In this document: positions 1-9,384 of the stretch, piece after piece
How positions within the stretch are numbered: position 1 is the stretch's first letter
How the letters are laid out: the number at the start of each line of letters is the position of its first letter
Sequence record: AP029161.1
Strand: one strand, 5' to 3'
DNA: 64,000 nt
From: a plasmid
Position numbers and translations under genes: made by a program
Notes under the pieces: model-generated
What the model was told of the DNA's origin: nothing
The model's database searches: none
The model's input: only the letters and a program-made list of their open reading frames with translations

Positions 1-231
1 AATGCGGTAGGTGGATATTACTTTAATGGTATTTATTATGATGCCTACGGCGGATATTACTATAATGGTGGTTACTATACTTCTTCAGGAGTTTTCTTTG
101 GAGGTATTGGTGGATATTATAGAGGAGGTCTCTTCTTCGATATTTATGGTGGATATTATAGTGTAGAAGGCTACTATTATGTCCCATATGGTGGTTATTA
201 CGATCAATATGGTATTTACCATGCTAGTTAA
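1..231 (+). CDS. C-terminal fragment (5' partial) of Gly/Tyr-rich repeat protein (GGYY / GYYY repeats)
   Basis: Frame 1 is open from the window start to TAA at 229-231. Translation is dominated by G-G-Y-Y repeats (…GGYYFNGIYYDAYGGYYYNGGYY…YGIYHAS*). It is followed by a terminator. Confidence 0.5.
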   Translation, partial: NAVGGYYFNGIYYDAYGGYYYNGGYYTSSGVFFGGIGGYYRGGLFFDIYGGYYSVEGYYYVPYGGYYDQYGIYHAS

Positions 232-337
232 TTCTGTTTTATTGCAAATAATTAAGAGTTATTTTTAATTACAATGAAAACTCTTCTTTTGCTAGAATTT
301 TGATCAGTATATCTGAAAAGCCCCAAATGTAGAAAGA

Positions 338-370
338 GATAGCCCCACTCTAAGAATGGGGCTTTTTTAT
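338..370 (+). terminator. rho-independent terminator
   Basis: GC stem agcccca / tggggct with 8-nt loop, followed by TTTTTTATTTT. Confidence 0.6.
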
Positions 371-397
371 TTTGGCTTGGAAATTTTGAAAAGTTTG

Positions 398-413
398 ACA
401 GTCAATTGACTGT
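398..413. promoter_or_regulatory. 16-bp perfect palindrome ACAGTCAATTGACTGT (operator-like), copy 1
   Basis: Exact palindrome. An identical copy at 19646-19661 lies immediately upstream of the HTH regulator gene 19196-19624. Confidence 0.5.
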
Positions 414-485
414 TACGCTATTTGCGAGAAATTATTTTTTGTATTACAGTTAACTAGACATAGCATATAGTCTGTTTTGCATTTT

Positions 486-512
486 AACCCCTCCGTCCAA
501 GAGGGGTTTTTC
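486..512. terminator. hairpin cccctc-N7-gagggg flanked by T/A runs; probable bidirectional terminator downstream of fic
   Basis: GC-rich hairpin in an AT-rich context at the 3' end of the minus-strand ORF 511-1329. Confidence 0.45.
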
Positions 513-1329
513 ATTCTTCATCAGTTAATAATTCATCACTAGGTTTTTTAATTGAAATAATTTTTGCCATTAAATTAATTAAAATGTAGCAAGAATCAAA
601 GTCGATTTTACCATTGTCTTCTTTTCGGATTCTATGGGCAGTTCTGAGACCTTTAATGTATTGCCTTCTTCTTTTCCCTGTGGACGGGAATTCGATTTGA
701 TATTTTCCATTAGAAAATAAAATATCTAGAAAATACCTTGCCGTTCTTCCATTGCCATCATGAAAAGGATGGATGGCAAAAAAATGAACTAAAAATTTAG
801 AGCAAACTATTTCTAAATGCTTTTTATTATTAAAATCAAGATTTGCAAACAGCTTATCCCAGACACTTTTTAAATTTGGTGCAATTTCTTCTGATTTAAC
901 GCCAAGAAAGGCATGTTTGTCTGCAATGCCATCTCCATCCACCTTTACATCTTCATTAAGGATTCTAAAGCGTCCAAGTTTTTTCACTTTAACGTTTTTA
1001 AAAATTTCTTGATTGATATTCAAAATCAAATTCACAAACTCAACACTATTTGTTGGGAATGGAAAGTAACCTTCTTCAATTTTCAATTTAATTTTGGAAC
1101 AATTGGCAGCGATTGTTTTTTGATTATTTATTAGAATTTCATAGTCAATGACATTTTTAAAATCATCAGTTTCTAATTGTAGTAGGCGTTCATCAATGAG
1201 CTGACATAATTTTTTATCTTGATTGCATGAAAAATGATTGACTAATATACTCAATGAATTGCATTTTTTACACAGTTTTTTCTTGTTCAAGATAACGAGC
1301 AACCTCAAAAATATCTTCAAAAGCAACAA
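511..1329 (-). CDS. Fic/Doc family protein (AMPylation-type toxin)
   Basis: Canonical Fic motif HPFHDGNGRTARYF (HxFx[DE]GNGRxxR). The start overlaps the end of the upstream ORF. Confidence 0.85.
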   Translation of the reverse strand: MLLLKIFLRLLVILNKKKLCKKCNSLSILVNHFSCNQDKKLCQLIDERLLQLETDDFKNVIDYEILINNQKTIAANCSKIKLKIEEGYFPFPTNSVEFVNLILNINQEIFKNVKVKKLGRFRILNEDVKVDGDGIADKHAFLGVKSEEIAPNLKSVWDKLFANLDFNNKKHLEIVCSKFLVHFFAIHPFHDGNGRTARYFLDILFSNGKYQIEFPSTGKRRRQYIKGLRTAHRIRKEDNGKIDFDSCYILINLMAKIISIKKPSDELLTDEE

Positions 1330-1894
1330 TCGGTATATTATCTAATAAAAAGCTATTATAATCAAATAATCCCAAGGGTAAATAAGTTCTTTTTTCTTCA
1401 TTATTAAATTTTTGTTTAAAAAAGTTTTTTATCAAGTTTTTATCAATTAACTTATTATTAGTTTCTTCATGATAAGTTAATTTCCATGGGTTATCGAGTC
1501 CATTGGCTTTTTCTTCGTGTGTTTCTTCGACAAGACTTCTTGGTGAGAGTCTTCCATAAACACTGAGGACGACAGAAATCAGATCTAATAATTTTGGAGA
1601 AAAGGAATTCTCTTTATTCTGAATTTCCTGAAAAGCCTCGTGTGAAGCTTCTACTTTATAATAGGGGTCAGTCGGGTTTTTTAGAGCGTTATAAACTTTT
1701 CTATTTACAGGACCATATTTCCACGCTTCAAATTCAATTCCTTCCACTTCACTATCTAAATCATAGGCTAAAGCCGCACCGTAGCAATAATAGGCAAGTT
1801 TCTGAAGTTTCAGCGTGGTAAGATCATTTTTAGGATCGCTACTGTACTTTTTAGTAATTTCATAAACAAAACTAATATCTTTCATGGGTATCAC
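1268..1894 (-). CDS. Panacea-domain (DUF4065, SocA/GepA-like) putative antitoxin
   Basis: N-terminal region …LTTLKLQKLAYYCYGAALAY… resembles the DUF4065/SocA family. It lies directly upstream of, and overlapping, the Fic gene (toxin-antitoxin-like arrangement). Confidence 0.5.
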   Translation of the reverse strand: MIPMKDISFVYEITKKYSSDPKNDLTTLKLQKLAYYCYGAALAYDLDSEVEGIEFEAWKYGPVNRKVYNALKNPTDPYYKVEASHEAFQEIQNKENSFSPKLLDLISVVLSVYGRLSPRSLVEETHEEKANGLDNPWKLTYHEETNNKLIDKNLIKNFFKQKFNNEEKRTYLPLGLFDYNSFLLDNIPIVAFEDIFEVARYLEQEKTV

Positions 1895-2340
1895 CTAATG
1901 GCTGTAGGATAGCGTTATTTCAGAAAAACAACGGACTAAGCTGATTATATAGCAATTTATCTATAAGTCATCCATTTCGACAAAATAAATATTATCTTAA
2001 TATTCTCATATAAATGCATGTTAAAACTCAACAAGTAGAGGAAAATAAAGGGTCTAATTATAGGAAAAGAATGCTTAATATAGGGACATTGCAAAATACA
2101 GAGGACTCGGTGGTCTGCAAAGGCTTGCGGTAAAGTCTGCTATTATATCAACAATTCCCCTAATTTAAATGTACAAAAAACACTTAAAACTTCCACGCTC
2201 CCCACACAACATAATGGGAGTTATCATAACTGATTGTTATTATGCACTAATTTTAGGCGGATAATCTGCCAGTATATTAGCAAGTATCCTATCCGCATAG
2301 CCATTTACTCACCACATCTTGCTAATACAATAGAGGGATT

Positions 2341-2382
2341 TATATCAAAATGATATTGACTATTATATCATTTTGATATAAT
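2341..2382. promoter_or_regulatory. higBA promoter/operator: 16-bp perfect inverted repeat (tatatcaaaatgatat / atatcattttgatata) with 8-bp spacer, overlapping TTGAC(-35) and TATAAT(-10)
   Basis: Seen directly in sequence about 40 nt upstream of the HigB start. Confidence 0.5.
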
Positions 2383-2421
2383 ATCGAAGCATTGGATGAC
2401 CGATAGCTAAGGAGGGCTGGT

Positions 2422-2736
2422 GTGAGGATTATCACTACAGGTGTTTTAAATGAGTACATGGAACAATATCCCGATGCCAAATTATGGCTCAAAAACTTTA
2501 AGACACTCGCTGGCTCTGCAAAATGGACTTCATTCGCTGAATTAAAACAAGACTATCCTCAGTCTGATATGATTCCAACAGACACTACAAAGGACACTAG
2601 AGTCGTGTTTGATGTGAAAGGAAACAAATATCGCATGGTCACACACGTTAATTTTAAATTTCAGTTTATTTATTTGAAAGCGTTTTGGACGCACGCTGAA
2701 TATTCTAAAGTAAATTTAAGATTCTATGCTTTATAG
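2422..2736 (+). CDS. higB: HigB-type mRNA interferase toxin
   Basis: C-terminal similarity to E. coli HigB (…VFDVKGNKYRMVTHVNF…AFWTHAEYSK versus FNVGGNELRVVAMVFFE…VMTHKEYD). YPQ motif near the N-terminus. Followed 2 nt later by an HTH antitoxin. Confidence 0.7.
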   Translation: MRIITTGVLNEYMEQYPDAKLWLKNFKTLAGSAKWTSFAELKQDYPQSDMIPTDTTKDTRVVFDVKGNKYRMVTHVNFKFQFIYLKAFWTHAEYSKVNLRFYAL

Positions 2737-2738
2737 AG

Positions 2739-3113
2739 GTGAATATGTACTTAAGAGGATTTGAAATCAAACCCATTCATTCAGATGAAGATTATACAAA
2801 AGCAGAAGAGTTTGTTTCTCAATTAGAAAATAAAGAACTTAATGAAGAGGAAGAAAAATTGCTTTTGATTCTTTCTGAATTAATGGGCTATTACGATGAA
2901 AAATATATTATTCCTAAATACAAACTGACTCCACAAGAATTGATTCAATATCTGCTGGAAGAAAAAGGATTTTCGCAAATACAATTAGCAGATTATTTAG
3001 GAGTGCAACAACCAAATATCAATGCAATTCTTAAAGGAACGAGAGATCTTTCTAAAGATTTAATGAAAAAAATTCACGAAAAATTTAAAATCCCATATGA
3101 TTCCATGTTTTAA
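2739..3113 (+). CDS. higA: HigA-type antitoxin, XRE-family HTH
   Basis: C-terminal HTH (GFSQIQLADYLGVQQPNINAILKG). Gene order is toxin-then-antitoxin, as in higBA. Confidence 0.65.
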   Translation: MNMYLRGFEIKPIHSDEDYTKAEEFVSQLENKELNEEEEKLLLILSELMGYYDEKYIIPKYKLTPQELIQYLLEEKGFSQIQLADYLGVQQPNINAILKGTRDLSKDLMKKIHEKFKIPYDSMF

Positions 3114-3137
3114 GCTTTTAGAAGAGCATTTTTAAAT

Positions 3138-3815
3138 CTATTTTAATTTGGTAAGCAATTCTTCATACATTTCTTTATCTACATCTAAAATCATATCTTT
3201 ATTTTCTTCGACAACTTTCCTTATTCTTCCTTCATAATTGCTATATATGTCTCCTTTTTTCTTACCGTTATATGATTGCTCAGCTTTTCTTACAACATTA
3301 TAATATTCAAATTTTAAGTGTTTAACTATAAATATATCTAATAAATTAGCGGTTGATTCCCATTTTTTTTCATTTTCTTCATATTCTTGAGCCTGTCTCA
3401 TTTTTTCTTTTTCAAGTTGTCCAATCTTTGACTCCATTTCTTTTATTTGTCTCTTTGCTGATTCTAAAGATAAATTATTATTTCTATTATATATTTCAAT
3501 AACTTTCGGCTTTATAAATCTAAGATATACATAAATATACAATAATGAAAGAACCAAAGGAACAATCCAATACACTTGACCATATATATTAAATGTAAGA
3601 AATGTATTTGATTCTAAATAAAATTTTGCATGTGAAACTCTTTCAACAGGGTTACTGACATTACCTAGTAATAATACACCTGCAGCTTTCCAGTTATGAA
3701 TTAAGAAGAATACAAGGTAGGTTCGCCAAAGAGGGTCACTCACTCTGTGATTAAGAAACTCTAATACAAATTCACTTAGCGTTTTTGGATTTTCACTATT
3801 TGTTTGAGTATTCAT
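3138..3815 (-). CDS. membrane protein (2 predicted TM helices) with C-terminal coiled-coil; unknown function
   Basis: Hydrophobic segments LVFFLIHNWKAAGVLLLG and YWIVPLVLSLLYIYVYL. K/E-rich C-terminus. Confidence 0.4.
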   Translation of the reverse strand: MNTQTNSENPKTLSEFVLEFLNHRVSDPLWRTYLVFFLIHNWKAAGVLLLGNVSNPVERVSHAKFYLESNTFLTFNIYGQVYWIVPLVLSLLYIYVYLRFIKPKVIEIYNRNNNLSLESAKRQIKEMESKIGQLEKEKMRQAQEYEENEKKWESTANLLDIFIVKHLKFEYYNVVRKAEQSYNGKKKGDIYSNYEGRIRKVVEENKDMILDVDKEMYEELLTKLK

Positions 3816-4085
3816 GTCACTGCTTTCTTAGTGAGATAACTATTAAATATTTACAAATTTTGTCACTGCTTTTTATTAAAATAAGACTAAAGTTATATAA
3901 AAATAAAGTAAATATCCTTATTTTTATATAACTTTAGTCTAGATTTTGACAGCTATAAAAATTACTAAGTCCTTTCAATCCTCTCGAAATTCAAACAATC
4001 CAACAACTTAAATATCTGTTCCAAATATTTCTCTTTAATATTAGCTATAATTTGGTTTTTTATCTAATAATTTATTGGATTAATT

Positions 4086-4415
4086 ATGCTAAATATTGAA
4101 GATTTTAACAAATATGATTTTTCTGACGTGCTTCGCTACATGAAAAAATACGTAGATATTACCATCGAAGATGCAAAAGATGGGCAAATAAATGAAGCAC
4201 TAGAAACCGTGAGCGTGGATGAAGTCATGCTTTTTATTGTAAATTATAATATCAATGACGTTAAATATCGGAGCGAGGAGTTTTTAAGATTGTTGTCTAT
4301 GTATTTAAACGAAGAAATCAAAAGCTATATTTTAAGCAAAGGTTTTAATGTTAAAAATTCTTATTTTCTTAAAGATAAATTAGGGAATATCATTTTTAAT
4401 ATATTTGATAAATAA
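4086..4415 (+). CDS. hypothetical protein
   Basis: ORF with an upstream AT-rich promoter-like region. Confidence 0.35.
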   Translation: MLNIEDFNKYDFSDVLRYMKKYVDITIEDAKDGQINEALETVSVDEVMLFIVNYNINDVKYRSEEFLRLLSMYLNEEIKSYILSKGFNVKNSYFLKDKLGNIIFNIFDK

Positions 4416-4426
4416 AAGATTCATTA

Positions 4427-5191
4427 TCACGCATAATCAAGTAATTTAGGCAAATTAATTTGGTGTAATTTTAACTCGTTCTCAATTTCATGTTTTAAAA
4501 TTTCAAGCTTTTCTCCATGAGTATAGCCCATTATATTCTCAATTACTAGTTCATATTTATCATCACTAGATTGTAGAGTTCTATAATATAATTGCTTTAG
4601 GCATGAACCATCTATTTTTAAATATACTCTATTTGAATTGGTATCTAAGAATATTTTAAAATGACTAAAACCTTTTCCAGTATTTTCTGTTTCTATATCT
4701 AAATAAAAACTAGATATTTCTTTTTTATTTAAAGTTTCATTTATGTATTTCCCCATATATTCACTAGCAGAAATAATTTTATGAACCTCACCCATTTTAG
4801 AGCTAAAATAAAATTCATAGAATTTCATATTATCAAAAGATAAATTCCATTTATTATTAATAAATTTACAAAAATAATACTCTCCTACTTTTATTGGAGA
4901 ATTTTGATAATCTATTATATGTTTTGCATATTTTTTATCACTCAATAAATATTCCCAATTTGCTGGTTCCAAAATTTTTATAATGTGCAATTTTTCCATA
5001 GAGTTTTCATATAAAATAGGTTTATTTGTTTTATCATCTCGAATAGGTATTACTGTATATTCTAAACCAATTGGATGGGTTAATGTTTTTACTTCTGGTA
5101 TTCTAATATTATAATGAGTATCATTTTCTACAAAATGAATAAATCGTTGCCATCTTTTTTCTGTCTCTAGTTCTACTAAGTACATTCTCAC
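4427..5191 (-). CDS. hypothetical soluble protein (254 aa), second gene of an antisense two-gene cassette
   Basis: ORF only. Overlaps the upstream small membrane-protein ORF by about 70 nt, so the true start is probably an internal codon. Confidence 0.35.
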   Translation of the reverse strand: MRMYLVELETEKRWQRFIHFVENDTHYNIRIPEVKTLTHPIGLEYTVIPIRDDKTNKPILYENSMEKLHIIKILEPANWEYLLSDKKYAKHIIDYQNSPIKVGEYYFCKFINNKWNLSFDNMKFYEFYFSSKMGEVHKIISASEYMGKYINETLNKKEISSFYLDIETENTGKGFSHFKIFLDTNSNRVYLKIDGSCLKQLYYRTLQSSDDKYELVIENIMGYTHGEKLEILKHEIENELKLHQINLPKLLDYA

Positions 5192-5441
5192 TTTTTTTAG
5201 TTAATTTTTTAATTTTCTTAACTTCATTTTCTAATTTTTTATCCAAGTGTAAAGTTATAAATAAAAAAATTGAACCAATTACAAAATTGATAAGTAATTC
5301 AATTAAATCAAAATTATTTTTTAAATTTCTCAAATAATATAAAAAGAAAATTGCAATAAATATTAAGAGAATATATTTTTTTCTACAAATAAATTTCAAA
5401 ATATTTAGAAATATTTTTTTTAATGCTTGTGTATTAATCAC
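5121..5441 (-). CDS. small membrane protein (2 TM)
   Basis: Hydrophobic segments ILLIFIAIFFLYYL and FVIGSIFLFITL. Confidence 0.35.
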   Translation of the reverse strand: MINTQALKKIFLNILKFICRKKYILLIFIAIFFLYYLRNLKNNFDLIELLINFVIGSIFLFITLHLDKKLENEVKKIKKLTKKSENVLSRTRDRKKMATIYSFCRK

Positions 5442-5638
5442 TATAATCCCTCTATTTACAAATTTAACTGAAATTTATAAATTACATATAGATACATTTA
5501 TGTCAATTCAACTAAATATATTTATTAATACGCAATAGAATAAGTTAATCTGATTTCACCAAAAAAATTCTTAATTTTTGACATTAAAGGCTCCTTTTTT
5601 ATTATGTAGCCTCTTAATTAGAGGCTACATTGTGCTTT

Positions 5639-6037
5639 TTACTTTTTAGAGTTTTCCCAAAATTCTTTTTTTCTTAAAGCAGCAATATACAAGGTATATA
5701 GTATTTTATATATTCTAGGATTTTGATCTGAGTTATAATCAAACATTGATAATTCTTTTAAAAATCTATCAAGCCTATGAGATTCTAAATACTGCATAAA
5801 ACCACTTCCCGATACAATTGAAATTAATAATTTATTTAACTCATGAATTCTCTCTGACATATTTTCGTCATACCTATCAGCATAAGCACCCCAGTTACTT
5901 TCTATTAATTCATTGACTAATCTAATACCTTCTATTTTATATTCCTCATGATTTTTATTTTGATGAAAGTTAAAGTCTTCAATCAGTAATGCTGTTGCAG
6001 TACAGTAAAAACGTGTGTCGAATGCTATTACGCTCAT
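5639..6037 (-). CDS. hypothetical early protein
   Basis: ORF in the early-left operon. Confidence 0.4.
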   Translation of the reverse strand: MSVIAFDTRFYCTATALLIEDFNFHQNKNHEEYKIEGIRLVNELIESNWGAYADRYDENMSERIHELNKLLISIVSGSGFMQYLESHRLDRFLKELSMFDYNSDQNPRIYKILYTLYIAALRKKEFWENSKK

Positions 6038-6082
6038 AATTAATCCTTTTTATATTGTAGTATTATATTTATTTGCCGCTGA

Positions 6083-6457
6083 TTAAGCGGCTTTTTTATT
6101 TCCAAACACTGCATTAAATAGTTTATCTCTAATATCTAAATCAAACATGTCTTCAACATTATAAAAATCAAACTCTTTTTCATCGCAAAATAAATGTAAT
6201 TCGTTTTCAAAATCACTTGATTCGTCGTATGTGATTTCATTGATTTTATATTTACCAGTAAAATCAACCGCAACTTCATTGTCAAAATCATAGTATTCGT
6301 TAAAAAGATATATATATTTCATATCTTTTGATATAAATATTAATTGCTCCAAACCATCAATCTTATCATCATAACAAGCTTCTTCGTAAATAAAGTCATT
6401 CGGAGATAAGTTTAACTCTGTTGATGCAAGATTAAAATAAGAATCTATTTTATTCAT
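6083..6457 (-). CDS. highly acidic early protein (D/E-rich), first gene of the early-left operon
   Basis: Start codon preceded by the conserved leader CCCAAAGGGAGAACTGAA. About a quarter of residues are D/E. Confidence 0.5.
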   Translation of the reverse strand: MNKIDSYFNLASTELNLSPNDFIYEEACYDDKIDGLEQLIFISKDMKYIYLFNEYYDFDNEVAVDFTGKYKINEITYDESSDFENELHLFCDEKEFDFYNVEDMFDLDIRDKLFNAVFGNKKAA

Positions 6458-6671
6458 TTCAGTTCTCCCTTTGGGATTTGTGTTGATGTGAAACTTTTTG
6501 TCTCACATATAATTGTTTACATCCGTTTAAACATTTTGTCAAACATTTTAGTTGATTAATTTAAAATATTTTTTTTATTTTTGTTTGACAAAAATTTATT
6601 TACATGTAAATATTTATTTGTGGAACGATAGTCGACCACACTAAACAAATCCCTTAGGGAGAACTGAAATG
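6458..6671. promoter_or_regulatory. divergent early control region 1: mirrored conserved leaders (6458-6475 minus orientation; 6651-6671 plus orientation) flanking an AT-rich core with several TTGACA-like boxes
   Basis: Leader motif CCCwwwGGGAGAACTGAA-ATG on both sides. Homologous architecture is seen at 52529-52724. Confidence 0.55.
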
Positions 6672-7058
6672 GTAAATAATAAGATTCTATTACCTCTTCG
6701 CAATATTAATTTATTGGATCTTAATCCAAATGATACTGTCATTTTTTCAAACGGTGAGCAAAGAAAAGTTAAAAAAGTACAAATAGATAATGAACAAAAG
6801 GTTTATTATTTTGATATAGAATTTGATAAAGCTATTAAACTTCATCCAGAATCAAGAACAAAATCAAAAAGTAATTTATTTTACATTGATGGCAAATACA
6901 TAGAAGATGAAAACAACAATTGTGTGAACATTGTTTCAATTTTGCCTTGTAACTCAGATCAGAAAATAACATCAAAATATGCACACTATTCTAAAGAAGA
7001 GTTGATCTTACAAATCGAGAACTTATTAAGAAGCACAAAAAAGCTTGCCTCAAACTAA
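6669..7058 (+). CDS. hypothetical early protein
   Basis: ORF directly after the conserved leader. Confidence 0.5.
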   Translation: MVNNKILLPLRNINLLDLNPNDTVIFSNGEQRKVKKVQIDNEQKVYYFDIEFDKAIKLHPESRTKSKSNLFYIDGKYIEDENNNCVNIVSILPCNSDQKITSKYAHYSKEELILQIENLLRSTKKLASN

Positions 7059-7079
7059 AAATTATTTGGAGAAATTAAA

Positions 7080-7307
7080 ATGAAAGCATCTCAAGCAATT
7101 GAACTTATGCAGATGATAATTGATATTTATGGAGATTGTGATTTTTGGATATTCAATGACACATACGGAGATCATAAAGTTCAATCCATCAAATTTGGAA
7201 AAAATAAATTAGGTAAAGACGTTGTGTTTCTTGACTTTGACGACAAAGAAGATGGGAAAGATAAGGAATTTACATTAAAAGATTTAAATGAAGTTAAAGC
7301 ATCTTAA
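7080..7307 (+). CDS. small acidic hypothetical protein
   Basis: ORF. D/E-rich. Confidence 0.4.
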   Translation: MKASQAIELMQMIIDIYGDCDFWIFNDTYGDHKVQSIKFGKNKLGKDVVFLDFDDKEDGKDKEFTLKDLNEVKAS

Positions 7308-7338
7308 TTAATTTAGATAATCAGAATGTAGGAATATC

Positions 7339-7605
7339 ATGAAAGTAACTAATAAACACAAAGTAAAAAAAATTATTCAAAATATCTTTCTTATTTTAAG
7401 AAAAGACGCAAAATGTAGCAGATGTGAAAAAGATATTTTTAATATAATTCATGATTTTCAAGCAAGATTAAATTCTAAGGATTTTGATTTAAAATTTAGA
7501 TGTAAAAATTGCAAGCATGACTATGTAATGGGAATTAAATACAAAGCAATTGATAAAATTATAGATAGAATTGACACAATTAATTACTATACAAATTTAA
7601 AATAA
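7339..7605 (+). CDS. small Zn-ribbon-like protein (CxxC…CxxC)
   Basis: CSRCEKD … CKNCKHD. Confidence 0.4.
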   Translation: MKVTNKHKVKKIIQNIFLILRKDAKCSRCEKDIFNIIHDFQARLNSKDFDLKFRCKNCKHDYVMGIKYKAIDKIIDRIDTINYYTNLK

Positions 7606-7848
7606 AGGATATTTCATGAATTCTGAAATTATAGTTATTTGTATATATTCTTTTCTCTTTTTACTTTATGTAGTTGCTCAAATAGTGTTTTTAGTAGGAC
7701 TAAATGATATAAGAAAAATTTGTAGAAAGAGGAAATAATAGAAATGTTTTATCAAGACAATTTATGGCATTCGAGAAGAAAATTATGGACTAGTAGCAGC
7801 ACTTTCAAAATTTTGCGAACTATATTCTAAAGACAAAAATCAAGAGCA

Positions 7849-8613
7849 ATGCTAATATTAGCATTGCTTACTAAGATTTATTATTTTGAAGGGAATTATA
7901 TGAATTGCGTTAAAAATTCAAAGCTTCAAGAAAATTTAAATTACTTTACTGATCATTTTTTAATTGTTGAATCGGATATTCATTTTGTAAAATCATTTTT
8001 ATGCCGAAGAGAAAAAACAACCTCTTATGCATTTAGAGTTATATTTTCACAAAACTATATAACTATTTATGGAGATATAGGTAATCTGTGCTTTAGTAAT
8101 ATCAATCATGATTTAAATGATAAAGACCCTTTGAATTGGCTTCTTTCAATCAATAAAAGTAATATTGATTATTTAATGAGTAAAGTCCCTTTAGTATTCA
8201 AGTCTGCTGTTTTTGAGTTTTCAACTAATAAAGCATTAGAAAAACTTCGCGAATTAGAATTAGATCTTGAAAATGAAATTAAGGAAGAAAAAGAGTTTGA
8301 CGAAGATTTCGATTACTATGAAGATAAGATGTTTTTTCAAAGAGAAAATGAAAAAATAAAAGAGTATGAAGATAAAATTAAAAAAATACGAGTGCTTAAA
8401 AAGGACTTGATTGATTTATCAGAATTTGAGTTTGTTCAACGATATATCAATGATTTAAACTTTACTAGCTTTACTGAAGGAGATATTTTTAAAGATTATA
8501 CTAGCAATGCTTATATTACGGCGGCCGCTTTATTTAAATTCTGTGAATTATATATTGATTATAAAAATAATAAAATACAGTTTCAAAAGAATATTGCTAA
8601 TAAACAAGCATAA
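7849..8613 (+). CDS. hypothetical protein
   Basis: ORF only. Confidence 0.35.
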   Translation: MLILALLTKIYYFEGNYMNCVKNSKLQENLNYFTDHFLIVESDIHFVKSFLCRREKTTSYAFRVIFSQNYITIYGDIGNLCFSNINHDLNDKDPLNWLLSINKSNIDYLMSKVPLVFKSAVFEFSTNKALEKLRELELDLENEIKEEKEFDEDFDYYEDKMFFQRENEKIKEYEDKIKKIRVLKKDLIDLSEFEFVQRYINDLNFTSFTEGDIFKDYTSNAYITAAALFKFCELYIDYKNNKIQFQKNIANKQA

Positions 8614-8641
8614 CAGATGTTTTAATTTGAAGGAGTAAATT

Positions 8642-9364
8642 ATGACTAAGGTTTTAATTTTAGATACTGAAACTACAGGACTCGATAAAAGATCTCATTC
8701 AATAGTTGAAGTTGCAGCTATTAGCGTTGATTTAAGGTATAAAAAAATTGAATCACAAAGAGCTGGTTTAATTTACGCAGTAACTAATCTCGATTCTGAA
8801 AATTTAACTGGAATCACTCAAGAAATGCTTGATGGTGTTAAAAATGCTACTGACGACCCATTTGATACAATAAAATTAATGGCTAACTATTGCGATTGCA
8901 TTGTGGCTCATAATGCTGAATTTGATAAAGGATTCGTTGAAGCAAGAGGAATTATTCTAAAGGGTAGGAACAATCTTCCTTTAGAATGGATTTGCTCTTA
9001 TCGCGACCTTGAGTATGACCTTCCAACAATCAATAAAAAATTAGGGACACTTGCAGAGGCTTATAGCGTAAATTCAGGTGGAGCACATAGAGCATTAGCT
9101 GATGTTACTATGCTCGCTCAGGTCCTCTTTAAATTACCTAACATCGAAGAGCAAATTATTAGAGCAATTGAAAATAAGAAAAAGCCTGAGATAAAAATTA
9201 TCTCGCTAGCACATTACGATAGAAAGGATGATGTAAAAAGGGCTGGCTTTAGATGGGACCCACAAAATAGAATCTGGTGGAAAAGCATCAGAGCAGCTAA
9301 TGAAAATGAATTAAGAAATATAATTGATATACTTGGGTTTGATGTGAAAATTTTAACTCATTAA
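8642..9364 (+). CDS. DnaQ-like (DEDDh) 3'-5' exonuclease with C-terminal W-rich tail motif
   Basis: Exo I ILDTETTGL, Exo II HNAEFDKGF, Exo III HRALADV. C-terminal …KRAGFRWDPQNRIWWK… resembles DUF5710-type tails. Confidence 0.8.
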   Translation: MTKVLILDTETTGLDKRSHSIVEVAAISVDLRYKKIESQRAGLIYAVTNLDSENLTGITQEMLDGVKNATDDPFDTIKLMANYCDCIVAHNAEFDKGFVEARGIILKGRNNLPLEWICSYRDLEYDLPTINKKLGTLAEAYSVNSGGAHRALADVTMLAQVLFKLPNIEEQIIRAIENKKKPEIKIISLAHYDRKDDVKRAGFRWDPQNRIWWKSIRAANENELRNIIDILGFDVKILTH

Positions 9365-9384
9365 TAATAATTTGAGGTTCAGTA

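Noticed and set aside
913-1134. Numerous 60-120-aa ORFs antisense to or embedded in larger genes, for example 913-1134, 1594-1821, 9710-9961, 11863-12189, 13438-13665, 16061-16258, 17105-17311, 21361-21579, 23576-23770, 27920-28938, 36633-37619, 41581-41766, 42135-42380, 45122-45437, 46055-46273, 48801-48986, 53033-53503, 54046-54467, 56817-57182, 57579-57866, 60640-60834, 61250-61450, 63626-63832
   Set aside because: They lie fully inside better-supported genes on the opposite strand or another frame. Their composition is low-complexity and they have no ribosome-binding site. They are treated as spurious.
2081-2160. GC-richer patch (gaggactcggtggtctgcaaaggcttgcgg) examined as a possible tRNA or tmRNA fragment
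   Set aside because: No cloverleaf-compatible stems or conserved T-loop/D-loop elements could be drawn. No tRNA or rRNA was recognised anywhere in the window.
8516-8531. GCGGCCGC (NotI) site within cggcggccgcttta
   Set aside because: A single 8-bp GC palindrome inside coding sequence with no partner or context. Likely chance.
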